Shown piece after piece: positions 1 through 10,061 of a stretch of DNA of 64,000 nt. Positions within the stretch are counted from its first letter, which is position 1. Every line of letters begins with the position of its first letter. Location: positions 352,001 through 416,000 of IMG/VR virus record IMGVR_UViG_3300037484_000435; one strand, written 5' to 3'. The notes under the pieces are model-generated. The model was not told where the DNA came from. It did not search any database and saw only the letters and a program-made list of their open reading frames with translations. The position numbers and the translations under genes were made by a program. Source of the DNA: a virus. Taxonomy: Duplodnaviria; Caudoviricetes.

Positions 1-403
1 CTGATTTACCACTCGATAGAAGACCAGCCTCTTCAAGCTCCTTTACCCTTCGTTGCATAGCCGCTTCTTTTTCCATATCATTAATTTTCTGCTCTAGCTC
101 GGTGCTCTTTTCAGTAGCCTTCACCAAATCAGTTTTGGCCGAGTCAATCTCTGCCTTCAACGATATGATCTCTGATTCCAATGCTTCCTTCTCCGCAGTC
201 AATGACTCGATCTGCGTAGTGAGTTCTGCATTTTTCTCATTTGCGGCGACTTCTGCGTCACGAAGCTCAGCCAAGGTGGTCTCATATTCAGCGAATACTT
301 CCTCCATCTTGACCTTCTGAGTTGTTTCGTCCTCAGCCAGAACAGAAGCTACTGTGCTTTTGACTGTAGCTTTGATCTTTTGTCGCTCGTCTTTTTTACT
401 CAT
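1..403 (-). CDS. Acidic coiled-coil protein, probable capsid scaffold (runs off the left edge of the window)
   Basis: Not in the ORF track. Hand translation MSKKDERQKIKATVKSTVASVLAEDETTQKVKMEEVFAEYETTLAELRDAEVAANEKNAELTTQIESLTAEKEALESE... is open to position 1; GGAGG SD at 412-417; E/K/A-rich heptads; lies in the head/virion operon. Confidence 0.55.
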   Translation of the reverse strand, partial: MSKKDERQKIKATVKSTVASVLAEDETTQKVKMEEVFAEYETTLAELRDAEVAANEKNAELTTQIESLTAEKEALESEIISLKAEIDSAKTDLVKATEKSTELEQKINDMEKEAAMQRRVKELEEAGLLSSGKS

Positions 404-448
404 TAAAAATACCCTCCGTGTACTGTCTCCGCCATATAGCAAAAACTT

Positions 449-482
449 CCTGCGTTAGCAGGCTAAACCGTAGTACCTACGG
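449..482 (-). promoter_or_regulatory. Two tandem GC-rich hairpins in the leader of the scaffold gene
   Basis: CCTGC-gtta-GCAGG (449-462) and CCGTAG-tac-CTACGG (468-482). Confidence 0.4.
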
Positions 483-597
483 CGAAAACTTTAATTAGAG
501 TTAATTACCTTAATTCTTTGCCCCCACAAAACCTTTCCCTAATCCTATCTTTTGATTAAGATTATGTTCTACCCTTTAATATCTGGTTAGTTAAAAC

Positions 598-3129
598 TTA
601 TACATAATCAACCCCTAAACAGGTACCATATATTTGTATATTTTTAAAATTAGAGGTAGTTATTTTAAGTCGCATAATGTTGGAATTTCTAGGTACCAGT
701 CCAGATTTTCTCCCTACAATATAACTGTAATTATCTACTGTAGAAAGTATCTGAAGGTTAGTTATTTGTTCGTAATTGGCCCCGTCATCCGAGCTAACCC
801 AAACCTTAACATCCGTGCCTAAAGATACAGTGTCAACGAATTTACACTTAACAATTAATTCAATACTGGTGGGATTTATAGTAAAAGTAACCCACGGTTC
901 TGAGATTAGGGTCATTTCGGAATCAGAGGTCATATAATTGGCTGTAAATCTAGTTACTGATGGAATGTGGTCTACAATTTTAAAACCCACAGCAACATCT
1001 ATTGATTTAGTGACGGTAGGAATAAATCCACCAGTAGCTTCCCACGCAGAACGACCAAGTAAACTAGGCCTGACTTGGCGTTGGGAAATCTCCAACTGGT
1101 CTATATATACGTATGTGGCACTGTACCCGCTATTTATAAACATGCGGTAAACACTATACCCGCTCACCGTAGTTAAAGGGAACCATGGTGTAAAGATACC
1201 CGCCGCCATCTGTGGATAATCGGAGCCAGCATAAGTAGAATCCAAATCGTCCCATGTTCCTCCTTGCGACCTATAGCCCTGTAACTTAAATCTCTTCGGT
1301 GCATATGTTGTATTACTGGTTCTCCATCTCCAAGCATAGGGTATAAATGGTGATTTAGTATCTATCTGTACCCATTGGTTCGCAGAGCTACCAGAATTAT
1401 ACCAAGGATTAGTCCCCCCAAATGCGTACCAAGCATCATAGGAAGTATTGTAAATAGACGATGCTGAAGCACTAAAAGGTGCCGGATTTGTATTTGAGTA
1501 CATAGTAGGAACAACACTAAATTCTTGTCGGGATAAGTCGGAGTCAAGCCAGTTCCAAGCGTTGCTAGTTACCACAAAAGCATCTTTCAGTGCTCCCTCT
1601 GAGGTATTGTCAGGACTATTTACCCATACCTGATTAGCATCTAGGTATTGCCAATTACCATTGTTATTCTGGGCGATACTACTCCACCCAGAAACGGTCG
1701 TATAAATTTTCCATGTGCTCCTTTGGTCAAAGCTAAACGCGTAATCCAGTTTAGTCAGACCTTTACACCCTTGATCTATTCTTATAGAATCTAAATGTGT
1801 CCAACTCTTAGTTAAAAAATGTGAAGCATTAGTAGTATGAGTAACCATAATATCCTTATCATAGTTTATCTCTCTAAATGTGTATTTAATAAAAGTACCA
1901 CGTAAACCAGCCACACTATCTCTACCACCAAACACATACAATTGATTATTAAAAGTGTCCCACGCGGTAGCCGAGTTTAAGAAAAATTGGTAAGGTGTAG
2001 TAGTATTGTAAAAACTATTTGTGTCAAAATTGTAAACCAAAATATCTGATGTGAACTCACCAGTAGATGATTGCCCACCAATTATAATAAGACATCGGTC
2101 TATAGGGTCATTAGTCAAGGTATGCCCCCACATAGTAACATTACTAGTGTGCCTCTGCACCCAAGTGTTTGACTCGATCGCATAAAGCCAAAAATCACCA
2201 TATAAAGTCGTTCCAGCAGTACCACCATAAATTAGCATGCTTCTAGTATGAGAATCATAGGCAGCCCAATGGTCGTTTCTTGCAACTGGGTTCCCAGTGT
2301 CTGCCAGATTAGCCCAATAGTTATTAACAAAAGAGAGCTGAAACGTCTCCTTATAGTTAGTAGCATTATACAGCCCGCCCCAAACCAACATTTGATTACC
2401 CACAGGGTCGTATATGGCTGAGTGTGAATGTCTAACCCCAGGGCCATTTCCACTAGGAGTGAGCAATTGCCACGTTCCACCTACTATGGAATAAGACCAG
2501 GTGTCATTTACTAAACCTGACGCAGTTTGCCCGCCAAATAAAACCAAACTTCTACTTTGATTATTATAAATTAAAGTGTGATTATCTCTGCCCACAGGAG
2601 AGGCCCCCATAGGGGTAATGTTGGTCCAAACACTGCTCTCAATATCGTATTTCCATAAATCTGATTTCCTAGCCCCGTCATTACCTCCGAACAAGAACAA
2701 AGCTCTATCCTCTAAAGAGTAAGCCATCATAGAATTTTCGCGGGCGGATGGGTGTATCGAGGTAGATATTTCTGTAACGGTATTAGATATTTCATTACTA
2801 TATAAAGGGACAAGGATATTATTAGAGACAGTAACACCAGAAGAAGTGAAGAAGTTATCTAAGGTGGGTTGCAAGCTAGAAGATATACCAGACGCTGTGT
2901 ATAGTCGTTCACAATACCCAGCAGAGCTATAATGGATGATAGAGCTACTATCAATGCCAGATGCTGTAATATAGTTATCACAGCAAACATCGTCTAAAAG
3001 CACCCTACCCTTACCAAGAGACCATGCTTGTAAAGCAACATTAAAAAGAATACCAGAAGCTACAGGGCTGTCATCACCACGGGTTCCCGCCGTCCCAGAT
3101 CCTAGCTGATTACTATTAATTATTGACAT
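598..3129 (-). CDS. Kelch-repeat beta-propeller virion protein with inserted discoidin (F5/8 type C)-like domain
   Basis: About six Kelch blades (LFLFGG...DLWKYD...W, LVLFGG...DTWSY); SASASS...AWYAF...QWVQID...PKRFKLQG discoidin-like segment; C-terminal domain shared with the adjacent gene. Confidence 0.75.
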   Translation of the reverse strand: MSIINSNQLGSGTAGTRGDDSPVASGILFNVALQAWSLGKGRVLLDDVCCDNYITASGIDSSSIIHYSSAGYCERLYTASGISSSLQPTLDNFFTSSGVTVSNNILVPLYSNEISNTVTEISTSIHPSARENSMMAYSLEDRALFLFGGNDGARKSDLWKYDIESSVWTNITPMGASPVGRDNHTLIYNNQSRSLVLFGGQTASGLVNDTWSYSIVGGTWQLLTPSGNGPGVRHSHSAIYDPVGNQMLVWGGLYNATNYKETFQLSFVNNYWANLADTGNPVARNDHWAAYDSHTRSMLIYGGTAGTTLYGDFWLYAIESNTWVQRHTSNVTMWGHTLTNDPIDRCLIIIGGQSSTGEFTSDILVYNFDTNSFYNTTTPYQFFLNSATAWDTFNNQLYVFGGRDSVAGLRGTFIKYTFREINYDKDIMVTHTTNASHFLTKSWTHLDSIRIDQGCKGLTKLDYAFSFDQRSTWKIYTTVSGWSSIAQNNNGNWQYLDANQVWVNSPDNTSEGALKDAFVVTSNAWNWLDSDLSRQEFSVVPTMYSNTNPAPFSASASSIYNTSYDAWYAFGGTNPWYNSGSSANQWVQIDTKSPFIPYAWRWRTSNTTYAPKRFKLQGYRSQGGTWDDLDSTYAGSDYPQMAAGIFTPWFPLTTVSGYSVYRMFINSGYSATYVYIDQLEISQRQVRPSLLGRSAWEATGGFIPTVTKSIDVAVGFKIVDHIPSVTRFTANYMTSDSEMTLISEPWVTFTINPTSIELIVKCKFVDTVSLGTDVKVWVSSDDGANYEQITNLQILSTVDNYSYIVGRKSGLVPRNSNIMRLKITTSNFKNIQIYGTCLGVDYV

Positions 3130-3132
3130 AAA

Positions 3133-6100
3133 TTAATACCTAACGGCTACGCCCAAAGCATGAATTTCTACTCTTTTCGAGTTGTGAGTAGTTATTTTAC
3201 ACTTAATCCGGTTATCACTCCTTACGGTTAACGAGGTATCAATACCTTTTATAAAGGTGTGATCCTCCTCATTACGCAAGAGAGTCAACCCAGTAATTTG
3301 CGTGTAATTAGCACCGTTATCAGTACTGATCCAAACCTTTATGTCGCTATCCATCGTTAATGGGGAGTAAGCAACAATGTCCAACAGCACAAGGGCGGAA
3401 GTTGGATCATTAGCTGAGGCTTCCCACATCTCAGTAATCAAAATGATGTCACTTGTAGGTGCCGTATAATCTATGGAGTAAGAAATCATTTCTGGAACGT
3501 AATTATAAACACAGTCAAATCCGATAGCAAAATCTAGGGTTTTTGTACCTGTAGAAAACCCCCCAGTACCTGTGTATCCAGAAGTAGTAACATCAGACAA
3601 TACACTACTAGTCATTCTGTTGCCACTGGCTGTCATAGCCCACTGCAACGCTGAAATCTCATTATTGGTAGTTGCACTCTGCCATGTACTATTACTATTG
3701 AGAAACTCCCAATTACCTGAATTAGTCCTTACTATTGGTAACCAAGAGGTCCCACTAGCAACAACAAAAGACTGTCTGTTATCAAAACTAAGAGCATGGT
3801 ATATGTTAGAACTTCCTCTAACATCCACTGAAGGAGTTATATTCAGGATACTATCCCAAGCCTTCGTATTTAACTGGTTTCCGCTGGTAGTAGTAACGAC
3901 TATTCCAGATGGAGCCATCAGGTCCCATAGATTATACACAGTTATATCCTGGCTATGGTTTGGCAAGGCCACTGTATTACCACCATAAATATATAGATCA
4001 CCCGTTAAATCATTCCATGCATACATAAGATCGGACTTAGCCTGCGGAGTATACAAATCCGCGGATACCGTGTACATCGTGTTGGCAACTATATCGTAGC
4101 GGTAGAAGTCATTATACCGAGTAGCACTATACCCACCAAACAATAACAAAGAATGGGTCTTATAGTCATATCCGAGGGCCACCCCACACCTTACCGCTGG
4201 GCTCGCCCCTGTGTATTGCATTTGAATCCAAGTGTTAGACTCAATAACATATTTGTATAGAGTATTATAATAAGTTGTGGAGCCGTCAAAACCACCAAAA
4301 AGCCATATACACCTATTTATTGGATCATACGCCATAGATGCAGACCGTCTAGCCGAGGGTAGTGTTCCAATAGCAGCTATCTTTACCCAACTATTAGACT
4401 TAACATCATAATACCAAAACTCACTATATGTCGCTGCACCAGTACCGCCAAAAATGTACCACCTGTCATTGTCAGTATCATACGCTGACCCATACTGATA
4501 CCTATAAACGGGTAATGCCCCAGTAGGATATACAGTATACCAATTATTAGTAGCAAAATCATACTTCATAAGATCATTGGTATTAACACCCTCGCCCGAG
4601 AATAAAAAGACAGCATCTACCACAGGAGAATAAACCATAGATAGCCCCCGCCGTCGAGTAACACCTACGGGGGAACTAGATGTGTTAACACGGGATATAT
4701 TATTAGTAGCACAATCAATCTGCCAAAAATCATTATATGGGTGGTTACTATTATTTTGACCATAGCCGAGGAACACTTTATTTCTAGGTTTAACAAATAC
4801 CATAGCTCCATCATAGCGCATATCAGGATACCTATCAAGTAGAACATTAGTGGAAGGACTATAGGACCATAGGGAATTTCTATACTGGCTCCCCTGCCCA
4901 CCAAACACATAAAAAACATTGTTGTCGGTGTCAGTAGTATAGCCAAAAAAGTAGGTGGTATAGCCGGGCGTAGCGTATGCGGTATCGGGGGTAATTGCAG
5001 TCCAAGAGGTTTTAAAATTATAATTCCATACTTCAAGGGCCTTAGCGGCGCCCTGCCTGTAACCAGCAATGCAATAGAGATAGTCATTAACACTATCATA
5101 AAAACAACTGTGATCTCTCATTGTGTACGAAGATGAAGTAAGTTGTACCCACCTGTTGGGATTACTAGTATAATCCAACTTCCAAGTTTCCGCCACTTCG
5201 GACCCAGTATTTCCCCCCTGTATTATCATTGCTCCGCTGGCTGTTTGATAGATCGCCACATGCTCATCTCTTGCTGTAGGGCCGCTAGATAGAGACATCT
5301 GTCTCCAAGCATTAGTTCCGATAGTATATTCCCAAAGCTCAGAAACTCTTGAACCAGTGTTACCACCGAATATCAACATGGTACCACTATTGGTCATGTA
5401 AGTAGCGGTATGATACCGTCTAGCTGTTGGTCCCCCAGCATAAGTCTGCTGGGTCCACGTCCCAGACACCAGACTATATTTCCACATTTCATTAGTTACA
5501 GCGGCGATGTACCCACCCCACACTATTAGGTGCCTATTTACGGGGTCTAAAATCATAGAGTGCCCGTATCTTGCGGTAGGGGAACTACCAACTACATTAG
5601 CTCTGGTCCATTGACCGGATACAGTAGAATATTTCCATAATTCGTTAATAGCGTTAACAGACTGTTGTCCGTAACCACCAAACATCCAGACATTTTTCTC
5701 TACAGTATCATAGGACATAGCAGTATTATACCGCATATTAGGGCCATCATTCTGTATACGTGACCACCCACTGGTGGTTGAGGTCAGATAAGCTCCAGGA
5801 ACTACTTTGTTATCAGTAACTATAATGTCATAAATGCCCTTTATTGGGTAGGTCTGTTTATATAAGTCTAGTTTAACCTCGGCAAATCTATAGCCCGAGC
5901 CAGTAATAGCCATTATAGTTCTGGTATCGCCATAAAAATCAACAAGTAAACCTAGTTGAATATCTGTATTATCATTGCCCGCGCCCAAAGTTATCCTTTG
6001 GTTTACGGTAGTAGAGTTACCAAAAGTTTCCGCACTATAAGCACTAGTAATTACTATTTCATCTACCGAAGAAGTGGCGTCCACTGTGAAAGAATTGTTG

Positions 6101-6570
6101 TAATTCGTAGACCCCCTAACTTCTATAAAATTTCCTGTAGAGTAGGGTTGGCCTACACAAGGCAATCCCACCTTCCCACCACCCTTATTCACAGCGGCCC
6201 CGCCAGAAGTCAACGTGTAGGTCATACCTTCAAAATGTCCGTATTGTTCATTATCTTGTGCCCAACGATAAATACTTCCTTTTTTATCTGTGCGATGGAT
6301 ATCAGTAGGCTCAGTAAAGGTCAATACCGTATTATCGGACGTATTGGCAATAACGGTTTCGTAGTAACCTAAAGTATTATACCTAGCAACAGACTCAGAG
6401 TCTATTCCTTTAGAGCTAGAGAAATTATTCGTATATAAGTCGTAACCTTTAACAATAGGCTCCCCGCCCTGCCACGCTAGCATGATCATGGAATTTAGGT
6501 CTCTATCGTTAGATATACCTGTTTCCCCTTTATCTCCTGCTTGTGCTGTTACAAATTTAATTATTGCCAT
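3133..6570 (-). CDS. Large Kelch-repeat virion protein (about 12 blades, probably two propellers)
   Basis: Repeated R-x-x-H...FGG...(E/D)(L/F)W-x-Y...W units; N-terminal and C-terminal modules paralogous to 598..3129. Confidence 0.8.
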   Translation of the reverse strand: MAIIKFVTAQAGDKGETGISNDRDLNSMIMLAWQGGEPIVKGYDLYTNNFSSSKGIDSESVARYNTLGYYETVIANTSDNTVLTFTEPTDIHRTDKKGSIYRWAQDNEQYGHFEGMTYTLTSGGAAVNKGGGKVGLPCVGQPYSTGNFIEVRGSTNYNNSFTVDATSSVDEIVITSAYSAETFGNSTTVNQRITLGAGNDNTDIQLGLLVDFYGDTRTIMAITGSGYRFAEVKLDLYKQTYPIKGIYDIIVTDNKVVPGAYLTSTTSGWSRIQNDGPNMRYNTAMSYDTVEKNVWMFGGYGQQSVNAINELWKYSTVSGQWTRANVVGSSPTARYGHSMILDPVNRHLIVWGGYIAAVTNEMWKYSLVSGTWTQQTYAGGPTARRYHTATYMTNSGTMLIFGGNTGSRVSELWEYTIGTNAWRQMSLSSGPTARDEHVAIYQTASGAMIIQGGNTGSEVAETWKLDYTSNPNRWVQLTSSSYTMRDHSCFYDSVNDYLYCIAGYRQGAAKALEVWNYNFKTSWTAITPDTAYATPGYTTYFFGYTTDTDNNVFYVFGGQGSQYRNSLWSYSPSTNVLLDRYPDMRYDGAMVFVKPRNKVFLGYGQNNSNHPYNDFWQIDCATNNISRVNTSSSPVGVTRRRGLSMVYSPVVDAVFLFSGEGVNTNDLMKYDFATNNWYTVYPTGALPVYRYQYGSAYDTDNDRWYIFGGTGAATYSEFWYYDVKSNSWVKIAAIGTLPSARRSASMAYDPINRCIWLFGGFDGSTTYYNTLYKYVIESNTWIQMQYTGASPAVRCGVALGYDYKTHSLLLFGGYSATRYNDFYRYDIVANTMYTVSADLYTPQAKSDLMYAWNDLTGDLYIYGGNTVALPNHSQDITVYNLWDLMAPSGIVVTTTSGNQLNTKAWDSILNITPSVDVRGSSNIYHALSFDNRQSFVVASGTSWLPIVRTNSGNWEFLNSNSTWQSATTNNEISALQWAMTASGNRMTSSVLSDVTTSGYTGTGGFSTGTKTLDFAIGFDCVYNYVPEMISYSIDYTAPTSDIILITEMWEASANDPTSALVLLDIVAYSPLTMDSDIKVWISTDNGANYTQITGLTLLRNEEDHTFIKGIDTSLTVRSDNRIKCKITTHNSKRVEIHALGVAVRY

Positions 6571-6579
6571 ATTAACCTC

Positions 6580-8433
6580 TTACGTAAACTGTAAAACAGT
6601 AATTATCCCATGTTCTACTTCAATATATAGGGTCCCGTTAGTTCCTACAACTGTAGCGTTACCTGTGGTCCCTGTAACAGTAGTGTTTAGCCACCCTAGC
6701 TCTGGTTGCCACCAAATACCTGATGTTGTTATAGCACGCCCCAGTGGTTTAGTATAAATCCCTGAAGGGGTATTTTGTGAAAAGCTACCATCTACATCAT
6801 CCAGATAGATAGGTTTTCCTGCTACCCAACTCCACCCATCATAAGTTACTGCACCCCACAGTGTGATTTCACCTACAGCATCAGAATCTATTCCTCCTAC
6901 TTCAGTGACCAGCCCGCACGCATCTGCTTTTGCTTCGACGTCGGAGTTAGCTAGTTTATATTTTCCTAAGTCTGTGTAGTCTTGATAAACTACTTTGAAC
7001 CTTGAAAGAGTAGCCCCGCCCGTGCCCTGCGTAGTATAGTTGTCACGCATGGGGCCTGCTACACCTTGTAAACCTATCAGTCCTGATCCTGTCGGGCCTA
7101 GTGGACCTGGTACAGGAACATTAACAACTGTAGTAGCTCCCGCTATAGTGCCTACTTGCCAACCCAACTCAGGCTGAAACCAAACGGTAGCTGATTCTAG
7201 AGCCTGTCCCAGCGGTTTAACATAATACCCTGAAGTTGTTGGGGCTGTTTGCGTTATGGCACCTTTAGTAGTATCAACATAAATAGTTAATCCCTCGGAC
7301 CAATTCCAGCCCACATTAGTTACCTGCCCCTCAAGTGTAATCTCACCTAGGGCATCCATCGTAATACTTGTGGCAGTAACTATACCAATTGCATCTGCTT
7401 CATAGGGTGTACCGCTTTGGGTTGTTTTATAGTATTTTCCATCCGTTGGGTTTTCATATACAATATCATATTTAACAAGTAGTTCCCCTGCTGTTCCACT
7501 AATAGTTGCAGAAGTGGCTGCAGAGGATGGGCCACTTGGTATTGAAGAAATTTGTTCATCTACATAATCAATAATATCTCCGCTTGTAGTAGTCAGCATC
7601 GCCAAGGTAACCTCTCCGCCCGGCCCCCCGCTAATCTGTGCTACTATATCTCCGCTAACTGTCGTCATCTCACTATTACTAATAAAATTATCATTAACCC
7701 ACGACTCGGATGCTCCAGTAACCTCTCCAAACTGTGCAACTATGTCACCAGAAGTTGTTGTCAATTGCTCTAGAGTAACCCCGCCCGCATCCATTTGAGA
7801 TACCAAATCACCACTAATCGTTGTCATTTCATTAGTATCAATGAAAGTGGTATTGGCCCAAGACTGGGTTGCGTAACCTACCAAAGAAGGAATCTGTGAA
7901 ACTATATCTCCGCTGGTCGTAGTCAGTTGTTCTAGAGAAATACCCGCCTCGGCAATCTGAGAAACAATGTCCCCGCTTACCGTAGTAAGAAATGGTAATG
8001 TAATGTAGCTCTGATTATTAACCCAAACCTGCGTCGCGTAACCAGATAGGGACGGAATCTGTGAAACTATATCCCCCGATGTTGTTGTTAATAGAAGTAA
8101 AGATACCCCACCACCTATTTGTGAAACAATATCTCCACTGGTAGTTGTTAACTCCGAATTATCTATAAAATTTGTATTGGTCCAAATCTGTGTAGCATAC
8201 CCAGAAAGAGAAGGAATCTGATCCACTATATCACCACTTGTGGTTGTCAAAACCGCCAGAGTAATTCCACCAACACCGATCTGAGAAACAATATCACCAC
8301 TAACAGTTGTCAATACCGAATCAGATATTAAACCCAATCCACTAATATACCAAGTATTACCATCTAGGGTGGTGATTACTCCGTTGGTACCAGAAAGATT
8401 CTGGGGAACATGTGGATAGGTAATTATCTGCAT
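6580..8433 (-). CDS. Repeat-containing virion fibre/decoration protein
   Basis: Ten LTTxSGDIVxQI repeats, then two copies of a (K)YxxVY...Y...ADAxGxVT...GEITLxGxVT...W...IY.D domain separated by a short Gly-X-Y stretch. Confidence 0.6.
   Translation of the reverse strand: MQIITYPHVPQNLSGTNGVITTLDGNTWYISGLGLISDSVLTTVSGDIVSQIGVGGITLAVLTTTSGDIVDQIPSLSGYATQIWTNTNFIDNSELTTTSGDIVSQIGGGVSLLLLTTTSGDIVSQIPSLSGYATQVWVNNQSYITLPFLTTVSGDIVSQIAEAGISLEQLTTTSGDIVSQIPSLVGYATQSWANTTFIDTNEMTTISGDLVSQMDAGGVTLEQLTTTSGDIVAQFGEVTGASESWVNDNFISNSEMTTVSGDIVAQISGGPGGEVTLAMLTTTSGDIIDYVDEQISSIPSGPSSAATSATISGTAGELLVKYDIVYENPTDGKYYKTTQSGTPYEADAIGIVTATSITMDALGEITLEGQVTNVGWNWSEGLTIYVDTTKGAITQTAPTTSGYYVKPLGQALESATVWFQPELGWQVGTIAGATTVVNVPVPGPLGPTGSGLIGLQGVAGPMRDNYTTQGTGGATLSRFKVVYQDYTDLGKYKLANSDVEAKADACGLVTEVGGIDSDAVGEITLWGAVTYDGWSWVAGKPIYLDDVDGSFSQNTPSGIYTKPLGRAITTSGIWWQPELGWLNTTVTGTTGNATVVGTNGTLYIEVEHGIITVLQFT
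7560..8330 (-). repeat. Intragenic higher-order tandem repeat (5 units of about 55 aa, each with two TTxSGD motifs)
   Basis: Alternating xLTTxSGDIVSQIGxGG and ITLxxLTTTSGDIVxQIPSLxGYATQxW units in the translation; boundaries approximate. Confidence 0.85.
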
Positions 8434-8436
8434 ATG

Positions 8437-8760
8437 CTATCTGCCCTGCCCCAACTCCATGGTGATATCATAATCCGAGCTCACCCACCCGATAAGAGTT
8501 CCCGAGACAGATACAAATCTTGACTGTAGGGCTGCACCATTTCTTAAAGTCAAGTAAGCATTCGTTCCAGACTCAGTAGCAAAGAACCAAGTCTGAACTT
8601 CACGTGATTGTAATATGATATTCTTTGTATCACAATTAGTCGATATCTCCGTCCAGCCCCCACTCACTACAGTAAAAATCTGTATGTAGGGAATGGAAGA
8701 TATACCATCTACTATTGGTGTGTTTTCTATGTCTTTTGGTAATACATTTATTATGCTCAT
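8437..8760 (-). CDS. Hypothetical small beta-rich protein, probably structural
   Basis: 107-aa ORF tightly packed in the virion operon. Confidence 0.6.
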   Translation of the reverse strand: MSIINVLPKDIENTPIVDGISSIPYIQIFTVVSGGWTEISTNCDTKNIILQSREVQTWFFATESGTNAYLTLRNGAALQSRFVSVSGTLIGWVSSDYDITMELGQGR

Positions 8761-9350
8761 TCATCAAATTCCTGTTCTTCAAAAATTGGAGAGGGCATTA
8801 ACAACATAGGACTTATCCTAGCGGGGTGCCACTCTGACAGGGGAAATAGGTTAGAATATTCGGGGATTTTGTTGAGGGAGGAGGCTGAGACTTCGCTACA
8901 CATAAAAGCATTAGGATTATCTAGGAGGGGAGGATTCTTCTTGTCTATCTCTCTACGCAAAATTTTGATAACAAACCATTGGTATAAGAAATTAATAAAT
9001 AAGCCCCAATCATAAGGCCTGCCCACCAGACTAAAAGCATGGTCCGTCATAGTTTTGGTATAATCTGGATTAAGGTGAATAGGTTTTCTAAAAAAGACGT
9101 GAATATGGGGATTGTTAAAATACTTCTCAGGATCGGACATTATCACGCCTTCAGCTTCTGCTTCTATTATAGTGTGCCCGTCTACGGTGTAGAATGAGTG
9201 GGAAACGTTTATAGTAGAAAGTTCTTCTCTAGTAAAGATACAAATTCCCTGTGAAATCAGGTTGTTATCACGAAAACTGAAACCCACCATTCCAGCACCA
9301 TAATTTCCTACTCCGTCTCTGCCTATAAACTTTGGCTTTTCTACTCTCAT
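8757..9350 (-). CDS. Permuted papain-like amidase (YiiX/YebB, peptidase C92-like NlpC/P60)
   Basis: N-terminal His (SHSF), IEAEAEGV, LVGRPYDW and C-terminal MCSEV catalytic Cys in permuted order. Confidence 0.7.
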   Translation of the reverse strand: MRVEKPKFIGRDGVGNYGAGMVGFSFRDNNLISQGICIFTREELSTINVSHSFYTVDGHTIIEAEAEGVIMSDPEKYFNNPHIHVFFRKPIHLNPDYTKTMTDHAFSLVGRPYDWGLFINFLYQWFVIKILRREIDKKNPPLLDNPNAFMCSEVSASSLNKIPEYSNLFPLSEWHPARISPMLLMPSPIFEEQEFDE

Positions 9351-9352
9351 GG

Positions 9353-10060
9353 TTAAACCTTGTGGGCATCTATAGTTTTGTTTGCTATATAATCATATAG
9401 GTAAAACCCGTCTTTTTTAGCAATCAACAGTGTGCTATGTTGCATCGAATCCCCAATATTAAAATAAATCAGGTTATTAAGTTTTTTGATATAGGGAAAA
9501 AGGTGGGTATGCCCTGTAATTACATAGTCGAATTTTCCGTCAAATACATCTGCTATCTTTTGCTCATAATCCGCTATCACTTTATCGTATGGGTCATCCT
9601 TAATTCTTTCAGACAGACTCACTAGAGATTTTCTAGTATCTATTTTGGCCCACGCGTCAAATTTATTTATAAACCAAGCCATATAGTGAGAGAATCTTGT
9701 TTTTAGATAAGGATTATCATCCAAAACATTACCATGTAGACAAACCGCTATTTTATCACCAACTGGGAACCTAAGGGACTTATGAATAAATGGAAGTGTG
9801 TCTCTCAAAAAAAATAAAGAAGCATCATGATTACCAACCAAAATATGTAAATTGTCATGACCAAACCTAGAGACGACATAATCAATTAGAGGTTTTCCTA
9901 ATTCGAGACAGTTGTCTAGACCTGACACCCAGAAATCAAATGTATCACCAACAAGAACAAGTTTATCTATGTTCTCAGTTTTCTCTAAATAGGCTAAGAA
10001 ATCAAGGTATTTACTTTTCCCATCTCCGATGTGCAAATCTGATACGAGTAACGTGGCCAT
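9353..10060 (-). CDS. Calcineurin-like metallophosphoesterase, LpxH-like
   Basis: SDLHIG, LVGDTFD, GNHD, HGN, GHTH motifs; probable start ATG at 10060. Confidence 0.8.
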   Translation of the reverse strand: MATLLVSDLHIGDGKSKYLDFLAYLEKTENIDKLVLVGDTFDFWVSGLDNCLELGKPLIDYVVSRFGHDNLHILVGNHDASLFFLRDTLPFIHKSLRFPVGDKIAVCLHGNVLDDNPYLKTRFSHYMAWFINKFDAWAKIDTRKSLVSLSERIKDDPYDKVIADYEQKIADVFDGKFDYVITGHTHLFPYIKKLNNLIYFNIGDSMQHSTLLIAKKDGFYLYDYIANKTIDAHKV

Positions 10061-10061
10061 T

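Noticed and set aside
102-320. Plus-strand 72-aa ORF from the track
   Set aside because: Shadow of the minus-strand scaffold-like gene, which has an SD and coiled-coil composition
435-490. c-di-GMP-I riboswitch (GCAAA...GGCTAAACC look-alike)
   Set aside because: The resemblance is on the strand opposite the downstream gene and lacks the GAAA tetraloop/receptor architecture
7060-7115. Collagen-like domain
   Set aside because: Only about six Gly-X-Y triplets; too short to call a collagen fibre
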